From positions 192,001-256,000 of the forward strand of contig JAXGYC010000007.1 in the NCBI GenBank assembly GCA_040772485.1: a DNA stretch of 64,000 nt, read 5' to 3'. The notes under the pieces were generated by a model. The model did not search any database. It was not told the origin of the DNA and saw only the letters and a list, made by a program, of their open reading frames with translations. Position numbers and translations under genes: made by a program. Shown piece by piece: positions 1 through 9,911 of this stretch (the first letter of the stretch is position 1; every line of letters begins with the position of its first letter). This DNA is from Sedimentisphaerales bacterium (GTDB lineage: Bacteria; Planctomycetota; Phycisphaerae; Sedimentisphaerales; Anaerobacaceae).

Positions 1-180
1 GTCGGCGATCAGCAGCCGGGCGCGAAGCTGCTTGCGGGTGTTGCCGACGCTCCTGCGGAGAACCTGCCAGAGGTCCGCTTCGATGTGCTCGGGCGCCACC
101 GCGAACGCACACGACGAGACCACCAGGGGCCCAAGCAGAGGCCCGAACCCGGCCTCATCGATCCCCGCCAGAATGGTCAT
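1..180 (-). CDS. Ribonuclease HII-family protein, N-terminal part (runs off window edge)
   Basis: Not in the ORF track. Manual translation from ATG at 180: [28 protein letters not shown]...RLLIAD. GIDEAGxGP...GPLVV is the RNase HII N-terminal motif. Confidence 0.8.
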   Translation of the reverse strand, partial: MTILAGIDEAGFGPLLGPLVVSSCAFAVAPEHIEADLWQVLRRSVGNTRKQLRARLLIAD

Positions 181-394
181 GCGCGTGCCCTCGCTGCAAT
201 CGACCGCCCACCGGGCTCATCGGCGTACGCGCCGAGTTCCCGCTGGTGCCGGATTGCGGTTCATAGCAGAAATCCGACGCCCTGTCAATGTCGCCGTCCG
301 GTCGGCACGCGCAGACGCGCGGATCGGCGTTGCCCGGTCATCGCCGACGTGTTACACTGGCCGGCCGAATGAACCCATCTGCAAGGAGCAGCCT

Positions 395-715
395 ATGGTT
401 ATCGTGCACGTACATGTCCACGTGAAAGCCGATTGCGTCGAGGCGTTTCGGGCCGCGAGCCTGGAGAATGCCCGCAACAGCGTCAAGGAGCCGGGGGTCG
501 CGAGATTCGACGTCGTCCAGCAGACCGACGATCCGACGCGTTTCGTCCTCGTGGAGGTCTACCGCACGCCGGACGACCCCGCCAGGCACAAGGAGACCGC
601 CCACTATCTCAAGTGGCGGGACACCGTTGCGGACATGATGGCGGAGCCTCGAACGGGGATCAAATTCACCAACGTCTTTCCGGACGAGCGCGGCTGGGAC
701 TCGGCCAACGCCTGA
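395..715 (+). CDS. Antibiotic biosynthesis monooxygenase (ABM)/LsrG-like protein
   Basis: [11 protein letters not shown]...[20 protein letters not shown]...HKET.HY..W. SD AAGGAG at 383-388, ATG at 395. Confidence 0.85.
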   Translation: MVIVHVHVHVKADCVEAFRAASLENARNSVKEPGVARFDVVQQTDDPTRFVLVEVYRTPDDPARHKETAHYLKWRDTVADMMAEPRTGIKFTNVFPDERGWDSANA

Positions 716-728
716 CTGGACAACCGAT

Positions 729-1886
729 ATGAGATTCGAATTCGCCACCGCCAACAGAATCCTTTTCGGCCCCGGCGTTGCAGCCGAACTGCCCCAGATT
801 GTCGCTTCTCTGGGCTCCAGGCCCTTCGTCCTGACGGGCGGCACACCCGAGCGTCATGAGGGTATCCTGAACTCACTTGCCGGAGCCGGCCTGAAACCGG
901 CGACCTTCGGCGTTGCGGGCGAACCGACGACCGAGACCGCCTCCGCGGCGGTTGCCGCCGCCCGACAGGCACAGGCCGACGTCGTTATCGGGATCGGCGG
1001 AGGCAGCGCGATCGACACGGGCAAGGTCGTCGCCGCCATGCTCACCAACGAGGGGAACATCGAGAACTACCTGGAGGTGGTCGGCCTGGGAAAGACCCTG
1101 AAGAACCACTCGGCCCCGTACATTGCGATCCCCACCACTGCCGGCACCGGCGCGGAGGTCACCCGCAACGCGGTGCTCCTGGTCGCGCAGCATCGGGTCA
1201 AGGTCAGCATGAGAAGCCCGTTCCTGCTGCCGCACGTGGCGCTGGTCGACCCGGCGCTGACGCACTCGATGCCTCCGGAACTGACGGCGGGAACGGGCCT
1301 GGATGCGCTGACCCAACTGGTCGAGGCCTTTGTCTCGAAAAAGGCCAACCCCGTGACGGATGGGATCTGCCGCGAAGGGCTCAAGCGTGCCGCCCGTTCC
1401 CTGCGCCGCGCGTTCGAAGACGGCAGCGATGCATCCGCTCGCGAAGACATGGCGCTGGCCGGGCTCTTCAGCGGGCTGGCCCTGGCCAACGCCGCTCTGG
1501 GAGCCGTGCATGGCTTCGCCGGACCGCTGGGAGGCATGATCGAGGCCCCCCACGGGGTCATCTGCGGCAGGCTCCTGCCCCACGTCATCGCCGCCAACGT
1601 GCAGGCCCTGCGAGACCGAGCCCCTGGCTCGCCCGCCCTGGCCCGATTTGACGAGATCGCGCAAATCGTCACGGGCAACGAGTCGGCCCGTGCGTCGGAC
1701 GGCGTCGCGTGGGTGGAAGACCTCTGCCATGCCCTGGCCCTGCCCGGCCTGCGGCGCTACGGCCTGGCCGAGGCGGACTTCCCGGCGGCTGTCGCCCAAG
1801 CCCGAAAGGCCAGCAGCATGAAGGGCAACCCCATCGAGTTGCAGGACGATGAGCTGACCGCCATCCTGGCCACCGCGACGGACTGA
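729..1886 (+). CDS. Iron-containing alcohol dehydrogenase
   Basis: GIGGGSAIDTGK, IPTTAGTGAEVT, DALTQ, GAVHG, PHG motifs. Confidence 0.92.
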   Translation: MRFEFATANRILFGPGVAAELPQIVASLGSRPFVLTGGTPERHEGILNSLAGAGLKPATFGVAGEPTTETASAAVAAARQAQADVVIGIGGGSAIDTGKVVAAMLTNEGNIENYLEVVGLGKTLKNHSAPYIAIPTTAGTGAEVTRNAVLLVAQHRVKVSMRSPFLLPHVALVDPALTHSMPPELTAGTGLDALTQLVEAFVSKKANPVTDGICREGLKRAARSLRRAFEDGSDASAREDMALAGLFSGLALANAALGAVHGFAGPLGGMIEAPHGVICGRLLPHVIAANVQALRDRAPGSPALARFDEIAQIVTGNESARASDGVAWVEDLCHALALPGLRRYGLAEADFPAAVAQARKASSMKGNPIELQDDELTAILATATD

Positions 1887-1891
1887 CGGCC

Positions 1892-4003
1892 TCAGTACTT
1901 GCCTGCCTGCGGCTCCGGGCGGCCCACGTCCTCGAACGGGACCTCGATCTGCTTGCTGCCCACGAACACGACGAGCGTCTTGCGGTTGCGGTGTATGCGA
2001 TCGACAACGCCCTCGCGCCTGAAGGGCAGGACGAAGACACTGTCGCCCCGCCGCAACGTTTCGATGAACTGGGCCTGCCGAACGGCCAGCGGTGTCCCGG
2101 CCGCCACTTCCGTGATACGCACGGCCAGCTCGGAGGCCTTTCCACTCCAGGCTTGGGGCGCATTCTGCATCTCGGCCGTGAAACGGTCGACGAGATCGCG
2201 GACAGCCCGCATCGAGCGCTCGATCTCATGATCCGCCTGCTGCCGAAGGCGTCGCTCCTGCTCGCGAACACGGTTCAGCCTCTCCCGCACGCGTTTGCGG
2301 GCCTCATGGGTCTCGTCGAGCACGCCCTGGGCCTCGGCCCGCTTGCGTTCGGCATCCTCGCGGGTCGCCTGGACCTGGTTGATCAGCTCGGAGGTCCCAT
2401 CGGATTCCTGATCGAGCTGTGTCTCCGCCTGTTCGAGCACCGTTTTGGGCATTCCCAATCGCCTGGCGATGACCAGCGCGTTGCTGCTGCCCGGCGTACC
2501 GATCAAGAGGTGGTACGTCGGCCGCAGCGTCTCGCTGTCGAATTGGACCGAAGCATTCTCGGCGCGGGGCGTCGTATAGGCATAGGTCTTGAGCTGGCCC
2601 AGGTGCGAGGTCGCCACGACCTTGCCGCCTCTCTTCATCAGGCCGTCCAGCACACTCGTTGCCAGGACCGCCCCTTCGATCGGATCGGTTCCGGCGCCGA
2701 GTTCGTCCAGCAGCACCAGGGTTCCGTCGTTGGTCCCGGTGAGGATCTTGACGACCTGGCGCATGTGGGCGGAGAAAGTGCTCAGGCTCTGCTGGATGCT
2801 CTGTTCGTCGCCGATGTCGGCGTAGACCTGCCGGAAAACCGACAAGCTCGATCCGGCGCGGGCCGGGATGTGCATCCCGCTCTGCGCCATCAGGGCCAGC
2901 AGGCCGATGGTCTTGAGCACGACGGTCTTGCCGCCGGTGTTCGGGCCGGTGACCAGCAGCAGATCGAAGTCGTCGCCCAGGCGGACGTCGATCGGCACGA
3001 CTTCGTCGGTCAGTTCTCTGACTTCGCAGCCCTTTTGCCGGGCGGCCCATTGAAGCAACAGCGGGTGGCGGGCCTGACGCAGGTGCAGCCCGCCGTCCGA
3101 GCGGATCTCGGGCGCTGTCATGGCGTACGCGACGCTGAAGCGCGCCTTGGCATAGGTCAGGTCCACCAGGGCCAGCATCCGAACGCTGTCCAGAATCGCC
3201 TCCTGCTGGTCCAGGACGAGCTTGGTCAGATGCCAGAGAATGCGACCGACTTCTTTCTTCTCCTCGAAGAGGGCATCCTCCAACTCGTTGCTCATCTCGA
3301 CCAGCTCATCAGGCTCGACATACAACGTCGCTCCGGTGTTGGAGCGGTCGAGCACAGTACCTCGCAGGGCATGGCGGTAGTTGGCCTTGACCGCAACGAC
3401 GGGCCGGCCGTGCCGCATGAGGAATTTGTCGTTCTCGAGGGCCCTTCGCAATTGCGCCGATGCAACGATTTCAGCGAATCTCTGGTGGATCTTCTCGCTG
3501 AGCAGCCCAATCGTTCGCCGGATTTCCTTGAGTTTCTCGCTGGCATTGTCGCGGACACGCTTGTCGCCGCCCACGCATCGGCCGATCTCATCGACCAGTG
3601 CCGTGAATTCACCGAGCTTCTCGCCCATCGCGCACAGGTGCCGGCTTTCGGACGGCTCCAGATTCATCAGGAAGACCCTGAGCCTGCCGCTGGCTGCGAG
3701 CGTGTCGGCGATCTCCAGAAGCTGCTCCGGCTCGAAGACGGTCTCCTTCTTGCCGAACTGCTTGAGGACCGCCCGGATATCGCGCAGCCCCGCCATGGGA
3801 ACCCGCTCGCCTCGATCCAGCACGGCGCGAAGCTCGGTGGTCTCGGCCATCCGCATCCGCGCCCACCGCAAGTCCACAGACGGATACAGGCTCGCGGCGG
3901 CGTCCCGGCCCAGGTCGCTGGCCGCGAACGAGCCCAAGGCAACCCGCACCGCGTCAAACTCCAGGACGCTGAGGCTGTGTTCATCGATCTGTTTGCGAGC
4001 CAT
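1892..4003 (-). CDS. mutS2: MutS2-family ATPase lacking the C-terminal Smr domain
   Basis: ARHPLL, Walker A TGPNTGGKT, DIGDEQSIQQSLSTFSAH, LLDELGAGTDP.EG, TSH, G.PG.SNA, coiled coil, KOW-like end. Start taken as MARKQID (4003). Confidence 0.9.
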   Translation of the reverse strand: MARKQIDEHSLSVLEFDAVRVALGSFAASDLGRDAAASLYPSVDLRWARMRMAETTELRAVLDRGERVPMAGLRDIRAVLKQFGKKETVFEPEQLLEIADTLAASGRLRVFLMNLEPSESRHLCAMGEKLGEFTALVDEIGRCVGGDKRVRDNASEKLKEIRRTIGLLSEKIHQRFAEIVASAQLRRALENDKFLMRHGRPVVAVKANYRHALRGTVLDRSNTGATLYVEPDELVEMSNELEDALFEEKKEVGRILWHLTKLVLDQQEAILDSVRMLALVDLTYAKARFSVAYAMTAPEIRSDGGLHLRQARHPLLLQWAARQKGCEVRELTDEVVPIDVRLGDDFDLLLVTGPNTGGKTVVLKTIGLLALMAQSGMHIPARAGSSLSVFRQVYADIGDEQSIQQSLSTFSAHMRQVVKILTGTNDGTLVLLDELGAGTDPIEGAVLATSVLDGLMKRGGKVVATSHLGQLKTYAYTTPRAENASVQFDSETLRPTYHLLIGTPGSSNALVIARRLGMPKTVLEQAETQLDQESDGTSELINQVQATREDAERKRAEAQGVLDETHEARKRVRERLNRVREQERRLRQQADHEIERSMRAVRDLVDRFTAEMQNAPQAWSGKASELAVRITEVAAGTPLAVRQAQFIETLRRGDSVFVLPFRREGVVDRIHRNRKTLVVFVGSKQIEVPFEDVGRPEPQAGKY

Positions 4004-4022
4004 TCCTGCCCGATTCTCCCCG

Positions 4023-4580
4023 CTACGCCACGCCGAGCTTGTCACGCAAGACGTGGAGGTTGACAACGTCCTCTCGATTGTACTCCAACAGCGTCCTCAG
4101 GGCTCGCGCATTGGCGTTGTTGACGTAGTCCCACCACAGGCGCACCGCCATGAAACCGTCCACATCCGTCAGCCGTCGGTGGATGCCCAGCCGCGTCTCC
4201 ACCACCTTGAGCCCCCCTTTGAGATTCTGACGCCAGCAGGCGTACATCAGATCGGTGTGCCGCAAGCCGGTCTTGAGGTCCAGGCCCAGCTTGCGCTTGA
4301 TGAACGGCAGATCGAAGCGGCTTCCGTTGTAAGTGTAGACTTCGTCGGCCCCTTGCAGCAGTGAGAGTACGCCTTGCGCGACGATGCGCTCGCCGACAAG
4401 CTGCCCGACTCGACATCGCGCACCTCTAAACTTCGCCACGCCGACTACGGTTAGATCGCAGTTGTCCCAGCTCAGGCCCGTGGTTTCGATGTCCAGGTAG
4501 GCGTAGCACTTCAGGCCCGTGCGGGCGGTCTCAAGAGGTCGGCTTCGTCCTGCCGGACAAGATATCGACGTATTCGTCAC
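4023..4580 (-). CDS. RNase H-like (RNase_H_2/YprB-type, DEDD) exonuclease
   Basis: YLDIETTGL, TYNGSRFDLPFI, HTDLM, GGLK.VE..LGI.R, YNREDV motifs. Start uncertain: GTG 4580 with AAGGAG upstream, or near 4514. Confidence 0.85.
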   Translation of the reverse strand: MTNTSISCPAGRSRPLETARTGLKCYAYLDIETTGLSWDNCDLTVVGVAKFRGARCRVGQLVGERIVAQGVLSLLQGADEVYTYNGSRFDLPFIKRKLGLDLKTGLRHTDLMYACWRQNLKGGLKVVETRLGIHRRLTDVDGFMAVRLWWDYVNNANARALRTLLEYNREDVVNLHVLRDKLGVA

Positions 4581-5076
4581 AGAACTCCTTCCTGTCACAT
4601 TTCGCACAATGATCCCCGCGCCAGATCCGGTCGAACTGCTCCATCACCTGTTCGACGATGCCGGCGTCCGTGGTTACGATGCCCGATTCGAAATTCCGTC
4701 GTCTCGGACTCTTGGCGCCGAGACCGGCGCCGGTGAGGTTGGCGCTGCCTGTGTAGGCGAACTGCCCGTCGACAACGACGCATTTGAGATGGACCCTCGG
4801 GCAGAGCATTCGTTCCAGCCCGCCGATCAGATTGGGATAGCGGTCGAAGTCTCTGCGAAACCGGGGTCCCGGCTCCTTGGCGTGGAGCAGGCGAATCTCG
4901 ACGTTCCGCGCGATCAGGTCCGAAAGCACCTCCAGGAAGGGCGCCATTCGCCCGTTCTTCTCGACGTACAAATCCTTCAGGTCGGCGGTAGCGAGCCAGA
5001 GTTGGCGTCTGGCTCCGATAACCGCCGTACATATCACTTGCTCGTGAATCTGTCTATCTGTGATGAACTTGACCAT
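4531..5076 (-). CDS. Single-HKD phospholipase D-fold (nuclease-like) protein with C-terminal Cys cluster
   Basis: HLKCVVVD...YTGSANLT...NFESG (HxK(x)4D(x)6GSxN). C-terminal CAKC.RKEFC. Confidence 0.85.
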   Translation of the reverse strand: MVKFITDRQIHEQVICTAVIGARRQLWLATADLKDLYVEKNGRMAPFLEVLSDLIARNVEIRLLHAKEPGPRFRRDFDRYPNLIGGLERMLCPRVHLKCVVVDGQFAYTGSANLTGAGLGAKSPRRRNFESGIVTTDAGIVEQVMEQFDRIWRGDHCAKCDRKEFCDEYVDILSGRTKPTS

Positions 5077-5344
5077 CGCCTCTGTGTCCACTGGATCCAC
5101 AGGAAAGTCAGCAGCGCGGAGAGTCTAACCGTTCAGGCGCCGATTGACAACCTTCGCCTGCCATATGCGGACCCTGCGGCAGAGACATCAAGCCATCGGC
5201 GAGAAAATCTGCTGCTGCGCAGGATTTGGATTTTGTGAAAGTTGTCTCATACTTTATTCAGGAGACCGTGCAATGCTGAAGTCTCTGGCTCGACGTAGTG
5301 CTGAAAAGACCGGAGGCGGTAGACGCAGATGAAGGGAGCACAAC

Positions 5345-5704
5345 ATGGCTGTGGTGCAAGTGTCTGAGCAGATTCTCCTGATTGTTCTGTCTCGGGAATC
5401 CCGCTGTGGCAACGAACTGGACATCGCCGCAGGCATGGCTGACACAAGGCCGAGCCGGCACGTCATCGTCGACTTTTCGGCGACCCAGGTTCTGACGTCC
5501 GGGATGCTCTCCCAACTACTGGTCCTGGACAGACAACTCGGCGCCTTCGGGAAGGACCTCATTCTCTGCTCTGTTCCCCCCAGTATCATGAGGGTGTTCA
5601 AGTGCGTGGGATTGCAGAGCCTGTTTCGGTTTGCCGCCGACCGAACGGCTGCGCTGGAATCTCTCGGAGCGGCGTGTGACGACGCTGCGAGACCTCGCGT
5701 GTAG
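5345..5704 (+). CDS. STAS domain protein (anti-sigma factor antagonist-like)
   Basis: VIVDFS..QVLTSGMLSQLL...LILCSVPPSIMRVFK..GL..LF. SD GGGAG. Confidence 0.8.
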   Translation: MAVVQVSEQILLIVLSRESRCGNELDIAAGMADTRPSRHVIVDFSATQVLTSGMLSQLLVLDRQLGAFGKDLILCSVPPSIMRVFKCVGLQSLFRFAADRTAALESLGAACDDAARPRV

Positions 5705-5710
5705 ATGGCG

Positions 5711-7063
5711 TCATCTCGACAGCCATTTCTGCATGATCTCGTCGAGCGAGTCGGGAAGAATCCCCAGCATCCAGGCCAGGTCGACCACGGTGAAGCGCTT
5801 GCGAATCTCGTGCATGTGCAGGGCCGCCTCGCGAAGCTGTTCCCTGGAACATCCGATCTCTTCCGGTGACGTGGGGCCTCCGGCTCGCTCCAGCCAGTCC
5901 CGAATGGTCCGCGGCGAACGCGGCAGGCCGGCCAGATGGCTCCTGAGCCGGTCCCAGCCATCCGCCTGCGTCAAATGCTGCCGAACCGCATCCAGGCTGG
6001 CTTTCTTGGCCTCGTATTGCCTGGCGACCGCTTCGACCACCGGGCCGGTCCCCCAGAAACGCTTATCGACCTCTGGTGGCAAGGCACACAGCCTGGGGGT
6101 CTGGATCGCGAGAATCCTCTCGTAGAGCGCTGCGGACAGCAGTGTGCCGACGCCAACCTGCCGCCCATGCAGATCATGCCCGTGACCTCGGGCCATGGCA
6201 ATCATATCCAGGGTGTGGCTGAGCAGATGCTCGCCCCCGCTGGCGGGGACGCTGGTCCCCATGAGTGTCATCGCCACGCCGCTCCAGAACAACGCCGCGA
6301 AGAGCCCTCCCACAGCCGACGCATCGCGTTCGCGAATGCCTTCGGGCCGCGTCAAGTACAGTGGCTCCAGATCACCTGCAATGCTCGCGCAGAAATCGCA
6401 GTAGTATTCACCGAGCAGCAGGCGATTCATCCACCAGTCGCTATTACTCTGATGCTTGGCTATCGTGTCGCCGAACCCGGCGGAGATCATCTCCTGTGGG
6501 GCGCCCGCGATGACGTCCGGCTCGGCGATCACCGCCACGGGCGGTCGGGCTTCGATCAGGATCTTGACCCCACCAACCGTGGGCGCGACGTTGGCCGCCG
6601 CGTATCCGTTCATAGACGCCGCCGTTGCGACAACGGCATAGGGGATTCCCAACTCGAACGAGGTCCACTTGCACAGATCGTTCACCACGCCGCTGCCGAC
6701 GCCGACGACCATCCCCGGCCCGGCCCCGCGCAGCCGGGCGAGCAAGACGCCGAAGGTCGCATCATCACAGGTCGGCGTGCCGTGCTCACCGTCGGCGACA
6801 ATCACCTCGACCGCATCGAATTGCGCCCGCTCGAGCGCCGCAAAAGCCCGCCGACCACAGACCTCCCACGTCCGAGCATCCGCCACGACAGCGACGCGCA
6901 GCGAGGACGCGAGATCTGTGCAGTCGCGCACGATTCCGGGCAACTGCTCCACGCCTGTGCTATCGTAGACGAATTTGCGCACCGCAAGGCGGTGCGCTTT
7001 CCCACACTCACACTCAAATGTCGTACCCAGCAACTGCGACAGCTTCACTTCGATCCGCTCCAA
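5711..7063 (-). CDS. sn-glycerol-1-phosphate dehydrogenase (AraM/EgsA-like)
   Basis: N-terminal CECGKAH, GVGSGVVNDLCK, TAASMNGY, SAGFGD, ASGGEHLLSH, LHGRQVG. Confidence 0.85.
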   Translation of the reverse strand: MERIEVKLSQLLGTTFECECGKAHRLAVRKFVYDSTGVEQLPGIVRDCTDLASSLRVAVVADARTWEVCGRRAFAALERAQFDAVEVIVADGEHGTPTCDDATFGVLLARLRGAGPGMVVGVGSGVVNDLCKWTSFELGIPYAVVATAASMNGYAAANVAPTVGGVKILIEARPPVAVIAEPDVIAGAPQEMISAGFGDTIAKHQSNSDWWMNRLLLGEYYCDFCASIAGDLEPLYLTRPEGIRERDASAVGGLFAALFWSGVAMTLMGTSVPASGGEHLLSHTLDMIAMARGHGHDLHGRQVGVGTLLSAALYERILAIQTPRLCALPPEVDKRFWGTGPVVEAVARQYEAKKASLDAVRQHLTQADGWDRLRSHLAGLPRSPRTIRDWLERAGGPTSPEEIGCSREQLREAALHMHEIRKRFTVVDLAWMLGILPDSLDEIMQKWLSR

Positions 7064-7130
7064 TCAGGAAAACCCGGGCGGCCTGTTGCCGGACACGACC
7101 CCGAACCGGTGCGCCGGCCGGCGGCAACCA

Positions 7131-8825
7131 TCACAGACGGCCGCTCCGAGAGATGGAAATCAGTAACCAGATGCCGATGACGGCGGCGATGACATAACCG
7201 ACGATGCCCATCGTCTGCAAGCGAAACAGGCCCAGCACCGTGCCCTGCTGGGCCACGAGCATGCTCGAGGCCACGAGCAGCGCGGCGGTAATCAGGGCGA
7301 AACTCATCCGATTCGAGCTTCTGTCCACCGTCTTGGCCAGATTCTCCAGGTGCTCGTGGTGGACCCGGACCTGGAACCGCCCCTGGCGGAACTTGCTCAG
7401 GATCACGTTGACGTCTTCCGGCAGCCGCATGACCAGGTCGCCGGCATCCTGGACCACCTGGCGCATCTGCCGCACGAGGCGCTTGGGCTCCAGGTCGCGC
7501 AGCATCGCCCGGCGAGCGTACGGCTTCATCGCCTCCATGATGTTGAAATCCGGGTCCAGCGACCGGGCAAAGGACTCCACCGTCGCCAACGTCTTGAGCA
7601 TCAGCGTGAACTGCGCCGGCGAGCGAACGGCGTTCATGCGAAACAGGTCGAACGTCCGCGTCACCACCGTGCCGAATGCAATGTTCTTCAGGGGCAAATT
7701 CCGGTACGTGTCGATCAGTTGCTCCATATCGCCGGTCAGCTTGTTCAGATCCGTCCGCTCATCCGTCATTTCCTCCCGTTCCAGACAGCGGATCACCCGC
7801 GAGCTTTCGTTCTCCACGATCGCCAGGATGATCTCGTTGAACAGCCGGCGATACTGCGAACTCATCCGCGCGACCTGTCCGAAGTCGATGGGGGCCAGCA
7901 CGTTGTCAGGCAACAGAAAGAAATTGCCGGGATGAGGATCGGTGTGGAAGAAGCCCAGCTCGAAAATCTGGCGGAGCACGAAATCGGCCCCGCGCTGGGC
8001 CACGAGCCGGCAGTCAATCCCCCGCTCGGCCAGCAGTTGCGGATCGGCGGGTTTGATTCCGTCGATGTACTCCATCGTGAGCACGCCGTTGGTGCAGTAC
8101 TTCTCGTAAACCTTCGGGATATGGACGGTCGGGTCGTCCCTGAAATTGGCCGCGAAACGCAGTTGATTGCGGCGCTCGTCGGCGAGGTTCGTTTCAGCGG
8201 CCACGGCCTCGACAAACTCCTTGACCATCTGCCGCGGATCGACGGTTTCGTGTTCAAAAAGGGTAACTTTGAGAATTGCGGTAAGCTCTTCGAGAATATC
8301 GCATTCGGCATGGATGATTTCGACGATGCCCGGCCGGCGGACCTTGATGACCACCGAATCGCCCTCTTTCGTCGTGGCGCGATGGACTTGGGCGATACTG
8401 CCGGCCGCGAGCGGCTCGGTGTCGAAGCCGGCGAAGATGTCTTCGAGCTTGCCGTCGAGCTGGTATTCAATCTCGGCGCGGATCCGCTTGAACGGTTCCG
8501 GCTTGACCTGGTCCTGCAACCGCTCGAACTCGTGGACATACTCGGCCGGCACGATGTCCGGACGCGTGCTCAGCAACTGCCCGAATTTGATGAACGTGGG
8601 GCCCAGTTCTTCCAGGGCCAGTCGGACCCGTTGCGGGCGGCTCTGCCCAACGGCCGCCCGCTTGACGCGCAGCGGCGCCGCCTGTTCGCCCAGACGCACG
8701 AGCAGCCGGGCGCGCAGCGCCTCGGCGACCTCTTCCAGGCCATACTTCATCAGCACGGCCATGATGTGCCGGTACCGGCGCAGCCGCTGCAGCCGACTTC
8801 TGAAACGAGGCCGCCACACGGTCAA
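7131..8825 (-). CDS. ABC1/UbiB (AarF) family atypical kinase
   Basis: LEELGPTFIKFGQLLSTRPD, AAGSIAQVH, KVRRP, FFHTDPHPGN, DFG, two C-terminal TM helices. Confidence 0.92.
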   Translation of the reverse strand: MTVWRPRFRSRLQRLRRYRHIMAVLMKYGLEEVAEALRARLLVRLGEQAAPLRVKRAAVGQSRPQRVRLALEELGPTFIKFGQLLSTRPDIVPAEYVHEFERLQDQVKPEPFKRIRAEIEYQLDGKLEDIFAGFDTEPLAAGSIAQVHRATTKEGDSVVIKVRRPGIVEIIHAECDILEELTAILKVTLFEHETVDPRQMVKEFVEAVAAETNLADERRNQLRFAANFRDDPTVHIPKVYEKYCTNGVLTMEYIDGIKPADPQLLAERGIDCRLVAQRGADFVLRQIFELGFFHTDPHPGNFFLLPDNVLAPIDFGQVARMSSQYRRLFNEIILAIVENESSRVIRCLEREEMTDERTDLNKLTGDMEQLIDTYRNLPLKNIAFGTVVTRTFDLFRMNAVRSPAQFTLMLKTLATVESFARSLDPDFNIMEAMKPYARRAMLRDLEPKRLVRQMRQVVQDAGDLVMRLPEDVNVILSKFRQGRFQVRVHHEHLENLAKTVDRSSNRMSFALITAALLVASSMLVAQQGTVLGLFRLQTMGIVGYVIAAVIGIWLLISISRSGRL

Positions 8826-8830
8826 GGCGA

Positions 8831-9121
8831 CTACCCCTTGGACAGCAACTGGTCGAGCTTCTGCTCGATGCGACGGACATCGTCCTGTGTGGCCAGATGC
8901 AGCGTCGTGACCGTTTCCTGCACCTGTTTGGAGATCATCTTCTCCAACTCACTGCGTGTCCGCTCGGCGCTGTCCATCACTTCCTTCACGAATCCGCTGC
9001 GGTTCTCCCGCTCGGCCCTTCCCTTGCTGACGTACTCGTCGAACATCTGTTCGGCGCGTTCGCGCGTCATGGATACCGCTCCCAGGCCGGCCAACATCAC
9101 CTTGTCCAGTGTTTCAAACAT
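8831..9121 (-). CDS. Phasin/PHA-granule-associated-like protein
   Basis: MFETLDKVMLAGLGAVSMTRERAE...KG...LAT.DD..RIEQKL. SD GGGAGG. Commonly paired with UbiB-type kinases. Confidence 0.75.
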   Translation of the reverse strand: MFETLDKVMLAGLGAVSMTRERAEQMFDEYVSKGRAERENRSGFVKEVMDSAERTRSELEKMISKQVQETVTTLHLATQDDVRRIEQKLDQLLSKG

Positions 9122-9187
9122 TGCGCAATCCTCCCGATTCATGGTTTGTCCGGTTCGTTGTTCTCGTTTGTTCACCGTCTTGGTGCG

Positions 9188-9215
9188 ATTATAGGGTTCG
9201 TTTGTCCGGGGACAA
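9188..9215 (-). promoter_or_regulatory. Putative sigma70 promoter for the phasin-ubiB-G1PDH run
   Basis: Minus strand TTGTCC-N16-TATAAT. The -35 lies in the palindrome TTGTCC-GG-GGACAA (9202-9215). Confidence 0.5.
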
Positions 9216-9911
9216 GCGCAACCTTTGCCCGGCGCCAAAGACATCGCTCGCGGTCTACCCCGGCGCGCTCTTTCAGACACGACGATCTGTCACGCTTGCA
9301 CCGACATCGCCTGCTTGACCTGCTGTCCACTGCTTTGCCGAAAAGCCCGACAAACATCCTGGTCTTCCCGAATTGCCACAGTCTGCGGCAATTCGGAGGT
9401 TTCGGCCAATTCGGCACCGCTCTCGGCACTAGCCGACGACAAACCACTGTGAGCTGCGCGGGCAGGCCCTCCTGCGGCCGGTCCGGGTTGCGGCATTGTG
9501 TCACATCCTCAAATGCGATTTACCTTTCCCTGCCCGTCGAGCATCTGCTGCACAGCCTTGCATTTTCCGACAGGCTGTCGTGCGTGGGGCTTCACACGAC
9601 ATGCGAGAACCCGATATCCGACAGCACCACCATCTCTGTTGTGTGACACGCCGAACGGCTCGCGTGTGTGCGGCCATCCGGCATCCGGCGGCGCGCCTCA
9701 TCCACCGGCCGGAGAAATTCCCCACCGCGTGACAAATTAGCGAACATTGCCCTTGACCTTGCACGTATAGGTGATAATTTCAATCTTGTCAATTTCTGCG
9801 ACGTCAGAGAATGAGCATTCCCGTCGCGAAAGAACCCGAGCGAGCAGAGTGAGAGAGCGCCGGGGACAGGCCTCTCTTCGGTTACTGGTCTTACCCAGGA
9901 AGGAACGGACA

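Noticed and set aside
1991..4063. Long antisense or alternate-frame ORFs (e.g. 1991-4063+, 7350-9194+, 15272-17128-, 35057-37396+)
   Set aside because: Shadows of well-supported genes in GC-rich DNA, with no motifs.
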